Assembly (NCBI GenBank): GCA_002269645.1
Contig: NIVC01003627.1
Coordinates: 36,091-75,421 of the forward strand
Reading direction: 5' to 3'
Length of the DNA stretch: 39,331 nucleotides
Origin: Macrostomum lignano
Taxonomy: Eukaryota
Shown: in pieces, positions 10,453-20,559 of the stretch
How positions within the stretch are numbered: the first letter of the stretch is position 1
Layout: every line of letters begins with the position of its first letter
Position numbers and translations under genes: made by a program
Notes under the pieces: generated by a model
What the model saw: the letters and a program-made list of their open reading frames with translations, nothing else
What the model was told of the DNA's origin: nothing
The model's database searches: none

Positions 10453-10877
10453 CAGGGTCGGCAAACTTTTTTACCTCAGGGGCCAGATGATTGCTGCGGG
10501 CCGGATATGAGACGAAGTGTGAATAGAGGAGAGAGAAAAGAGGATGGAAGGTTATGAGAGATTAAAGAAGAGATGAGATGTGAGAGGCGAGGGGCGAGAT
10601 GAGAGATGCGATGAGAGATGCGATGAGAGAAAATAATAGAGGAGAGGAGAAGAGGAAAGAGAGAGGAGAAGGGAGAGAGGAGAGGAGAGAGGAGAGAAAG
10701 GAGAGAGGAGAGGAGAGAGAGGAGAGAGGAGATTGGAGAGAACTGAGAAGAGAGATGAGAAGACAAAACCTTGAGCGGCCGGATTGCTATTGTGAAGTTT
10801 CAAAAGACCCGAGGACCGGATAGAGAGAGGCTTCGCGGGCCGCATGTGGCCCTCGGGCCGGAGCTCGCCGACCTTTG
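10453..10877. mobile_element. Non-autonomous hAT-like element containing a GA-rich microsatellite
   Basis: Termini CAGGGTCGGC... / ...GCCGACCTTTG; subterminal GCGGGCCG(G/C)AT..GGCCC motifs typical of hAT MITEs; 8-bp TSD with one mismatch, GAATAGGT (10445-10452) / GGATAGGT (10878-10885). Confidence 0.75.
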
Positions 10878-13800
10878 GGATAGGTGCATCGTCAGGTTTA
10901 CGGCTCACATTGCTAGAAGCGAAAAGTAACTGATGACGAGAATATACGAGAATTTCGGATGTCACACAAGCTGTACTTGTACGAAATATCTACTCACGCT
11001 CTCTTTTCGCGGATCCTTTGCACTATGTGCTGTTGAATTTCGCTCTCCTAAAGCTCGAATCAAAATGTGAAACGACTGCATGGCCTGTCTCGATCCGTTA
11101 GACGCATGTATACGAGTACATGGCTCGTAAATGCTAATCCTGCGTGCAATATGAAGCGCATAAACTTTTTAGCTTAAATATTGTTTTTATGGAAGATGTC
11201 TTACCTTAATGGCAAAATTTATTCTTTCTGTAGTGGTATTGGAGTGCAACCATCATTTAGGCGCCATATCAGTAAAAACTATGTGGCTTCTGAAGCGAAA
11301 GTACGAGCGTACATTTCTGGATCCATTTTAATAGCTGCAGTCGCTTAATTTATATAGTTATAAAATAGCTTCTTAGTTTTTAATTTTTTTAACCATAAAA
11401 CACCAACTTGACTGATATTTTATTTGTTTTGTTGAAGAAAATGTAGGATCTGCCATATACATGTAAGACACCCTTTTTGCAGCAATAGCCCGACAAGCTA
11501 GAATCGTTACAGTTGCACAGTGCATTGTAATATATAATGCATACGAGTATAACTGTACTATACAACGATCGCACCGTTATCGTTCTGCATGGCGTCAAGG
11601 AAGTTATTCGGGCATGCGGTTTTACAACCACCAGGTCATAAAGAGCCATAACGGTGTCGGGACAAGTACACTCTGGCCGAAGTTACACCAAAGCTAGCTT
11701 TTTTCAACCATGCACCGCTTCGGTTTTGCACTACACATTGTAAATGTACATATATCTGCATGCATTGGAGAATTTATCTGGAATTTTAGTTGCGTGTACG
11801 AACTACATGTAATAAACGTAGCAATAATGCATGCAAGCCGTACAGCAACGATCGACGTTTTGACGTCCATCGGCGTCGCGCTGGCAAAAATGTATTTTTA
11901 CATGCATTACGCCAACGGATGACAACGTTTTACGTGGCCGGGCTAAACGTCGTATAATTTAAGAGCGACCCTTTGCCAGCGACGCCAAGCGATGTCGGGT
12001 ACTACTACGTTGCGTACGATCTTCAGGTTACGTTGAAATTTTGCACAGGCTGTTAGTGTACTGTATAAAAATACACATATAAAGGGAAAAAAACACAACG
12101 ATCCTTTCGAATGGGAAAAAGACGCGCAGTATATTTCAGACTCTACATGGACTGCATGTCGGGCGGTCGAGCGCGCTGCGGTCAGTCCCAGGGTTTAAAC
12201 AAAAATCTGATTGCAACTGCAGCGGTTCCGGCCGCAAGCCGGGTGCAGGAGGGTTATAGGTCGTGTTGATCGAGGTCTGCAGAGGCAGTCCGATGATTAC
12301 TGTGCCTCAGCAACAGAAGTGTACCTAACTGACCTCCTCTTGCTACGAATTAAAAGCCGATTCACATAGATCTAAATGAGCTTGTTCATTCATCTGATCT
12401 GACAATTGTAATTGAATGAGTTGCGGTCTGCACTATAAATAGTACATGTAATTGTACGTGAATAGAATTCGAAAGGTCACCATTGACACGATGATTGGAT
12501 AATCTCGATGATAAAAATCAAGGTTTTGCACTACTGACTAGCTGCGAGTATCCATCTCATGCATACAAGTAACAGTACACACGTGGCTGACGAAATTAAT
12601 TACGATCGTTACCCTTAAAAGTAACAAAACTTTTCCTCGATCCTGTGTGAAAAAATTAGTAACGTTGTTTAATAGTTACTTAGAATTTACCTTTCCCTTT
12701 CTAGCAAAACTCATTTACAAGTATATGTTAATAGCTTGGCAAGTCTCAATGGCATTTTTCCTGCAAATAATTTATGGGGGCTTATGTGCATAATATAAAC
12801 ATGTACTCTGCTAACGTAGTGATGAGGACGCACTTTTTTCCAAATCCCGCGCTAGCACATGGGCTCTAAACTTACTAGCCTACTAACAGTGGGCAATGGG
12901 CATTTTTATCCTTTTCTGCGAATTGTCATAAAATCTATACTAGATATAATGTTTGGTCATACTAGTAGTCATAATAACATAGGCGCAGCTTTTTGGGTCA
13001 TACATCATCGCTTTCGAAGCTGTTCTGACAGCCACCTGCGCTTCACTCAGTGTTGAGGCGGGCGCCAGATGGTCTAAGAGGATGCGGGCGGTAGCTTTTT
13101 TTCTCATCATTTTGACAGGCCATCAAGATTTATGAGGTCAGAGCCTATTGTTCGTGTTCACTCAAGCGTGTGACAGCTTTGACAGCTATGCGTTTTACCC
13201 CTAAAAGTACTTTGGGATTAGCGATTAGTGATTTCTCTTCATTATCCTCACTTTCTATTTAATAAGAGCTTTCTAATGTATATTTTTTCATTAATTTCTG
13301 TCAATCCTACGCGAAAAGTCATAAATCATTTTGTTGCGATTTTGATTGATTTATGGCCGCACCTGTCATCTTTTTACGACCCCGAGGGAACTGATAGGAT
13401 CTCCCGGTCACGTGATTCTGGGTAGCAACCAGCTTAGCCAATCAGAGAATTCGACGCTCATTTTAACAAATCGGCTCAGCCAATCAGAATCGACGTGTTC
13501 CATTATAACAAACTGCGATCCAGTTGGCGGCTATTTAGACCGGTGTTTTTGGCCCGCTCGGACCTACCCCTCTCCTGGGATCTTGGCCTAACTTAGACCT
13601 CCCGGAGCTCGACCGTCGTCTCTTGATCCCCGGATCACGACTCCCCCCATCATCATCAAGGACGAATCCCCCCGGTCGTCAGCAGCGAACAGCAAGATTA
13701 AGAACATCACCTGCTAGCTATCTGCGAAGATTGTGACATCAGCATCATCCCGGGTCTACAGCTGCGAAGCACTAAGCCGATTCGGTCACTGTGGATTACC

Positions 13801-15381
13801 TGGTCTCCGGCTGTTGAGTTTCTGATTGGTTGGGTGAGAGGCTGCCTAGACTTGCTTGATTGGGTGATTTCTTATCTGTCCCCTGTTTCAGTAGCTGAAT
13901 TAGGCGCACACCTTTGCTCATTTTGTTCAGTAGTGCTGTAATCGAGGCGGAAGTCATTCAATAATACTGCTAGTAGTCTAAAACTCCAATTAGAATTGGA
14001 GTTTTGCGTAATTGGAGTTTAGAATTGCGTAACTGACTATTTGTTCGCCGATGGCTCAGATGAATAGCTAAGCTAGTAGGCGCCGGTCACAGTGGACCAA
14101 TGGCAAGGCAGTTCTCAGTCGATCAATCTATCAAATCAGTTAGCGAAATTGCCAATAGTGCAGAATCGGCGCCAGAGATGTACTCTGTGCACTCTAGGTT
14201 AGCCAAGCGGCTCGGGTGATGAATCATGCGGTCTCTGATGTTCGAGTTAGTCTATCATCAGCGCTATGAGAGGCTAGTTGGCGCGTTAAAGGCCAAAAGT
14301 ACAATTCTTCGTGTTTAGCAATGTAATAATACATGCAGCTACCCCATAGTCTCGCCACTGCAAGAATCCCCTGCACAAGTCCCCTCTGTACCTGCATGGC
14401 CAATGCGATCTAGTCCCAGCTAGCAGTGTCCCTTATCATCGGCTATGACTTCGAGATTGACAGCAAAAAGACACTAGTTGGCAGGTAAGTGCACAGCCCT
14501 TCTAGTCGGAAGCCCGATTTCGAGAGTCCCGGTGTGGTGAGCCAGGACGTACGGGCTGGTGGCAGCGAGTTAGCTAATCTGCGGATTAGCTGATCTCATT
14601 TTCAAAATGTCTCTCGCTGTCCCTCTCTTAGCTATAGGACCTAGACTGCTCGCCACACGATCAAGCTACCATGGGGCTGGGGGGTCAGGACTCTAATCGA
14701 TTTATTTCTGAGACCTGAGGCCCGAAGGCTTCCCCACAAGGGGGCCAAAAGGTCGAAACCCATCAGTAGCCTAAAAGTGTTGATCACGGACCTTAGGTAC
14801 TGCCGATATTTTGACATACATGTACAATCTCTACATCTCTAGACATCTCTTGACATGTCTCTCTGCGTACATGTATGTAATCAGTTGCATAGCAAAAAGT
14901 GTATATGTCACTTTACTTACATCGGAATGCCTGCTAATGAGACGGGACTCCTAGCTGTCTGCTAGTGCTACTACATATCGTGCATGTACGTGTGTACAAG
15001 TAACAAACCTTATAAAATGCTATTAAAAATTAAAACCTCATTCACAGTAAACAACATACATGGTACACTGCATGTATGCCGGCGTAAAAGCTAAAGAATG
15101 TTAGTTGCTCAATTTGTAATTTGGTAAGTTCAGGAAACGAGATTACTGGGAATTCATTGCTAAAAACTTAAAGAATCCGACATGTTTACACATTTTGTAA
15201 CGAAAACCAGCCTGTGAAATTTGTACGATTTTTATGAGTGGCGTACCTCTTTAACTTATATGTTCTCCATGGGCCGGTCGGTCTAGAAGTCGGAAGCCCG
15301 ATTTCTCTCATGTAGTCTATCCTTGGTCAGTCTGACAGCCAAAGTTCAGACGTTGCTAAATCTAAATATTACTATCTGTAA

Positions 15382-15822
15382 TCTATATATATATATATAA
15401 ATATTTACTAAATTAATTAAACACAAGCCCCACCACGCCTAAGTGTAAAAAAACCAGAAAAATATTTTTACTTTTTCTGTTCTTATCGTGTAATAAATCT
15501 TTAATTTTTTTATTTCTTATTCATTTTTTCTGACGCCCCTTTTTATTGTTTTAAGCAGTTTTTGTAAAGCTAGTTTAAACATAATTTTAATTAGTTAGAT
15601 ATTTGTTATTGTTATTGAAATAATTTCCCCCTTTTTGAACAGTAAAATGAAGAAAGGCTTCACGGTCGGACGCGTCTGGAGGTCCTACGTAAAATTAATA
15701 TTTCGATTCTAAATAATGTATTATTTATTAGCGGTAGAGCCCCGGCTAGGTGCTGAAACGCTAGCTACTTATCAAAGTAAAAGTAAAAGGGTGCATTGTG
15801 GCTGCTGGCAGTGCCCGTCTAG
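15382..15822 (+). mobile_element. Possible non-autonomous Helitron-like relic
   Basis: A|TCTATATATA start and GCCCGTCTAG|T end (5' TC, 3' CTAG, between A and T); the expected subterminal hairpin is weak. Confidence 0.3.
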
Positions 15823-16455
15823 TATAACGAAACGAACGATCAATATTATAACCGTGTTGAATGTGTGTTGATTAGATGACCATTCCGTCGCCTGGTATCG
15901 AGGTACTAAGCATGTAAAGACATAAGCTTAAGACATTTGTAGCGATATAGAGGGAGGGGTATTAAACGCTAGGATAATGCCATGGCCCGCAGCTAGCTAG
16001 GGTAGGCCCTATGGCGTTTGGGCGTATGGCTATGGCCTTGCAATCGTTATTAAGTCGAATCTTTTTTATTAAGCCCTGTTTAAACGTTGAGAAGAAACCA
16101 GTAGATAGGCCTATGACTAGCCAAGGCTAGGTTGAAAGCTTAAAAGCTTCTCGATATCGAAGCTGAAAAAGCTCATGAGATGTGAACCTACATGTGGCAT
16201 TTAGCAACCATTGGCCTATCTGCAATCTTTATATTGCCTATGCCTATGTAAAAATTATTAGATTTTATTAAACAGACTTTGAGTTAGGCCCCTACATAAT
16301 TTTAAAGTCTAACTACCCAGAAGGCCTACCCAAATATAGAGCATCTTAAAGAAAAAGATAAAGTTAAATAAAATTCAGTAAAAATGCAGTAAAAAACTTT
16401 TTGCTTTTTAATTTTACTTTTTACTGCTACTGCTAGGCCCTACTTTTAAAAAATG

Positions 16456-16920
16456 TAGTTACATATATTATATTATACAGAGAGCTTGTGTGCATGACAG
16501 CCATCCACCCAGTGTTTAAATTGCATGCATGGCAGCTGGCACATCTTAACTTAGGGCCTATTATATAGTAGGCCTATGTCATATTATACTGCTTGAATTA
16601 GGCCCTATTGGAAATCAATATTTAAATTAACAAAAAATAGCCATGAATTGAGATTATATTATAGAGATTGTAGATATATGAGATGAAAAAATTAATAAAT
16701 TATTAAATAAGTTCAAGAGTAGGCCTAGGGTCTAGCAATATGCAGATTTAAAAGAAAGGATCCAATTTAAATTTGCAATTCACTATATTGCCCATCTGCC
16801 AATTGCTATATATGCAATTTAAATATTAGGTAGGTCTAGAATATAGAAAGCTGCCATGCATGCAATTTAAATATTGGAAAGGTAGCTACCATGCACACAA
16901 GCTCTCTATATATGTAACTA
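16456..16920. mobile_element. AT-rich foldback MITE
   Basis: Nested perfect inverted repeats: 12 bp (16456-16467/16909-16920), 18 bp (16479-16496/16890-16907) and 23 bp (16515-16537/16849-16871). Confidence 0.7.
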
Positions 16921-17151
16921 GCATATCTTTCATAACAAGATTTGCATGTCATCTCAAAATTTATAGTTAACTATTTTTATATGTGTTATTTATTTTGTTT
17001 GTTAGGCCTATTAATATTTAAAAGAAATGTGAACCCATAATATAGGCCTAATATTTGAATATCCAATTAAAGGCAATTTTAATATGTACCATTTTCTAGG
17101 TAGCATGATTGTTTCTTTAAATAGATTATATTTTCTTTAATATGTTGTAGG

Positions 17152-17728
17152 CCAGGTTGCGGATGGTATGCATGTACGCCGGAACTTTTCCGGCATACAA
17201 AACGGCCACCCTCAGTCCTTGGTGTACACAATCGGCGTACACAACCCCTGGCGCACTTTGTTGGCGTACACTATTGGCGTACACAAGTAACACAGCCACG
17301 CATACTTTTTTGGCGTACAAATTTTGGTGAATCAATTCATGCCGTGCATGAAAATTGTAATGTAAATTAATGTTTTTACGTAAAGTAAAGGAAAATTTAT
17401 ATCGTCAGTGATAAACTTTTTGCTTATTTTAAGTTAAAAAAAAATAGAACTAGTGTAAAATTTTGCTGAAAGTATTAACTTTGCATGATATTTTTTGTAG
17501 GTGTTATTTAAGTTTGTTTAAACTGACAATATTCGTAATATTTTAAAGACACTTTTCATACGAAAGCCTTTCCTAGAAAACTCTACTCGTGAAAACCGAA
17601 TGACCCTTTTTTTGGAATTTTTAGTGTACATTTGAGTGCAACTTTTTGTTTTTGGCGTACACTGGCGTACAAAGTCCTTGACGCCCGAATTTTTTCCGGC
17701 GTACACGGGTACATGATCCGCACACTGG
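17152..17728. mobile_element. MITE A (CCAG...CTGG termini, 8-bp TSD)
   Basis: Perfect TSD GTTGTAGG (17144-17151 / 17729-17736); imperfect ~35-bp TIRs sharing TGCGGAT and TGTACGCCGGAA; subterminal GGCGTACA arrays. Confidence 0.8.
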
Positions 17729-18259
17729 GTTGTAGGGCTTTTTAATTATAGCTTAGGGCCTATTTCATACTTTGTTAGGCCTACCAAATTTGTTATAGGC
17801 CTCTTAGCTCTTTGTTGAAAGTTAGGGGCCTACTGCTGCTACCAAATTTTGTTGTAGGGGTTGGGGTTAACTAACTATTTTGTTTTAGATGCAAGAATTA
17901 TCACAGGGGAGTTTCTTAGGATTTGGGAAGATTTCTACTACTAAAAGGAGTAAGCCTGAGTTTGCTCCTAGTGGCATAGTGTCCAAGCAGCAAGATACTG
18001 TCTATAACTCTATCAGCTAATATTAGTCCAAGGGAGGGCTACGCGATAGATCAGAGTTGCCTCCATAGTCAGAAAGGTGGCCTCTGAGGGGGAAAATTCC
18101 CGCGCACACAAAGGGTCTCGGTGCACATTGGTGCACAAGCATGGCGCACACAAGGGGTCCTTGGCGCACAATCATGGCACACACTAAGGTCCCTAGCGCA
18201 TGTGGCGCATAATTGCGGCACATATGGTCCCTGACATGCATGAAAATTGTAATGCAAAT

Positions 18260-19002
18260 TGTGACAGGCCTTTTGGCTCTGTCTTTCTAAACTTCTAACT
18301 ATTAGTGTTTATTAAATATCCTACGAGCTGCCACCAAAGTTGTTACAGGCCTTTCACCTCTTACTTTATCAATTTTAATCCCACCGATTTGCCAACTACA
18401 GTTATCCTGATTATACTTGCTTTTACTCCCTAACTATTTCTTAGAATTTCATTTAAATATTTCTGGGTAGCGTTCTTAGTAGCGTTTCTGGTAGCTTATG
18501 GCTTGCTTTCTGGTAGCGTTCTAGTAGCTTATGGCCTGAGCGGTCTAGTACTGGTATATGTATTAGTGTATAGTCCTAATCGGGCGTTCACCAAGACTAG
18601 AGGGTCACGGCGCCTCTCTTGGTATATCTCCAAGAATTAGTCCCAATTCCCTTCTCTTAGCAAATTTCTTAGAATCGTTTCACAGGTTTTGCAAATAAAT
18701 AAGTCGCTATTTAGCTCAAAGACTTTGAAATGGTTTAGATTGAACTGCTTATTCTGTTCGCAATTATTTGCTCACGAGTAAAAGACAGTTGGAGTATATT
18801 TGTCGCGAAACCGCTCCTATATATAGTGATTTCCCCACATACGATTAAAACAAAAAAATAATTCTCCAATTTATTTCGCGCATTAAAACAAACTATTATT
18901 TGGCGTTCGCGTAGATTCAGTTTCTAAGAAAGATTCGAATATACAGTTATTACATTGAAAGAACATTCGAGTATACTATGATAAAGGCATAGCACTAGTA
19001 CA
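18260..19002 (-). repeat. 3' LTR (743 bp)
   Basis: Matches 26167-26910 except C4 vs C5 in one run; AATAAA on the minus strand at 18308-18313. Confidence 0.97.
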
Positions 19003-19016
19003 ACTTTCCTCCTCTA
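19003..19016 (-). other. Polypurine tract
   Basis: Minus strand AGAGGAGGAAAGT immediately precedes the TGTACTAG start of the 3' LTR. Confidence 0.85.
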
Positions 19017-19288
19017 TATATCAAATTTTGAACGAAATACTATATTATATGTATACAGTGAAAAATTGATATCGTAGGAAAATGCAGGTGAAAAGGTGCA
19101 AAGCAAGGTGCAGAAAACACAATTCAGTGCTAAAACAATTGGTGCATAAAATGGTTGTGATAGAACTATTATGTAGGTAAACCATTAAAGTGAGAACTAT
19201 TATGGAAGCAAAGCGAACTATTATAAAAGTATTATAAAAGGCAAAATTGTTATTAAAGGCAACGCAAAAGTTAGTTCACCTCAGTAGT

Positions 19289-20164
19289 TCAGATAAACAT
19301 GCAGGGTTCCGGGAGGTCGCGATAGTAGGGCCAGCCGACTTGAGCGAAAAACCATCGGTACTCTTCGTCGAGGACCGTCAGCGCTGGCGGCGGGTTGGCT
19401 CTTATAGCCCGCTGGAGGCGATAGGCGACGTCCTGGAGAACAGCGACAGGTTCCTGGTAACTGAATTGATCCCTCAGAAACTTCAGGTGCGTCCAAATTT
19501 GCGAGCATTGGGGATAGCGCTGTCGGCTGTCGGATCGGTGGTATGCTACTTTCAGTGCGTATTGCTCAATGTGGAAGCGTAGCTTTTCCACCTCTGCTCC
19601 GCGAGTCTCCACAAGTTCTCGGACGATGCGATGAAAATCTCTCTGCGAATTCGATTGCTGCTGGCTCGGCTGTAGTGCTGATGGCTGGCTAGACTGCTGC
19701 GCTGATTGCAGGCTCGGCTGCAGCGCTGACTGCTGCGCTGATTGCAGGCTCGGCTGCGGCGCTGGCTGCTGAGCTGGCGGTGTCGCAGCTGTCGATTTCT
19801 TCTGCCGTGGTGCCGGGGTCTTCCTCGATGGTGGGGCAGCTGGCGGTGACACCAACTGCTGCGTTCGGCTTGATGTCGACGATCCTGGCGTGGCCTTGAC
19901 AACATAGGAGCGCACAGGCGCAGCTGCCTGTGCTGCCACCAGGGCGGCGCGCTTCTGTTCGGGGCCTTCGACCCTCATTTGGCGGCAAGGCGATGAAGCT
20001 GGCGATGATGTTCTTGGCCGTTTGCTGGATACACCAGGCGCCTTTGGACGTGTTGCACATCGAAGCGGTGCCTCATTTTCGTCGGTGTTGGGCGCTGGCT
20101 GAGGCTCCATATCGTCTGACAGGTCACCGATCAACTCTTGCAGAATGTCGACTGAGTTATCCAT
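19289..20164 (-). CDS. Extra retrotransposon ORF3, 291 aa, unknown function (disordered P/S/Q-rich N-terminus, compact aromatic-rich C-terminal domain)
   Basis: Uninterrupted ATG-initiated ORF between pol and the 3' LTR on the same strand; GC-rich relative to its flanks; no signal peptide or transmembrane segment visible. Confidence 0.75.
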   Translation of the reverse strand: MDNSVDILQELIGDLSDDMEPQPAPNTDENEAPLRCATRPKAPGVSSKRPRTSSPASSPCRQMRVEGPEQKRAALVAAQAAAPVRSYVVKATPGSSTSSRTQQLVSPPAAPPSRKTPAPRQKKSTAATPPAQQPAPQPSLQSAQQSALQPSLQSAQQSSQPSALQPSQQQSNSQRDFHRIVRELVETRGAEVEKLRFHIEQYALKVAYHRSDSRQRYPQCSQIWTHLKFLRDQFSYQEPVAVLQDVAYRLQRAIRANPPPALTVLDEEYRWFFAQVGWPYYRDLPEPCMFI

Positions 20165-20182
20165 ATGGTTCTCTTCGAATGA

Positions 20183-20312
20183 CTCTTAGAATAGAAAGGA
20201 AGCTAGCAGTGAGCTATGGGATCTGTGGGGCCTGCAGGGTGCTCGTATTTATAGGCTGGCGGGAAAAACTGGACCTCTTCGAAGCACTCCCCTCGCGCGT
20301 GGGGCGGGGCAT
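20183..20312 (-). promoter_or_regulatory. Putative internal promoter and/or splice acceptor for ORF3
   Basis: GC box GGGGCGGGG (20301-20309); TATAAATA on the minus strand (20246-20253), 89 nt above the ATG with no intervening ATG; pyrimidine tract CTTCCTTTCTATTCTAAG ending at ~20185. Confidence 0.5.
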
Positions 20313-20559
20313 GCCAGATTTGACAGATTTGACAACTAAATTTTTATGGATTTTCTATTTCTTTTTATAACTTTTTTATTTTTTGATAGATTTTCTTGAG
20401 TAAAGTATCAAATTAAAGATCGCATTTTGTAGATTAATATGGTATTTACAGATTCGCTCTATGTACAGCATGTCAAATTTTATAAGCAGATAAGTAATTC
20501 TAATACGGAATTTTAACTATTTAACACTGTTTCTTATGGGAAATTGCTTACGTCATGAT

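Noticed and set aside
10476-10965. Ser/Leu- or Glu/Arg-rich ORFs
   Set aside because: Translation of the GA microsatellite inside the hAT MITE.
14557-14567. TGGTGGCAGCG, same as the tRNA-Leu PBS
   Set aside because: Not preceded by an LTR-like CA end and no gag downstream; could be chance or an unrecognisable relic.
14708-14770. Hammerhead-ribozyme-like CTGA...GGCCAAAAGGTCGAAAC
   Set aside because: The CUGANGA core is incomplete and stems I and III cannot be formed; at best a decayed Penelope-type motif.
14504-15305. 18-bp direct repeat AGTCGGAAGCCCGATTTC (14504-14521, 15288-15305)
   Set aside because: Real match, but I could not tie it to element boundaries or a TSD pattern; left uninterpreted.
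19289-20164. ORF3 as an env gene
   Set aside because: No signal peptide, furin site or transmembrane helix.
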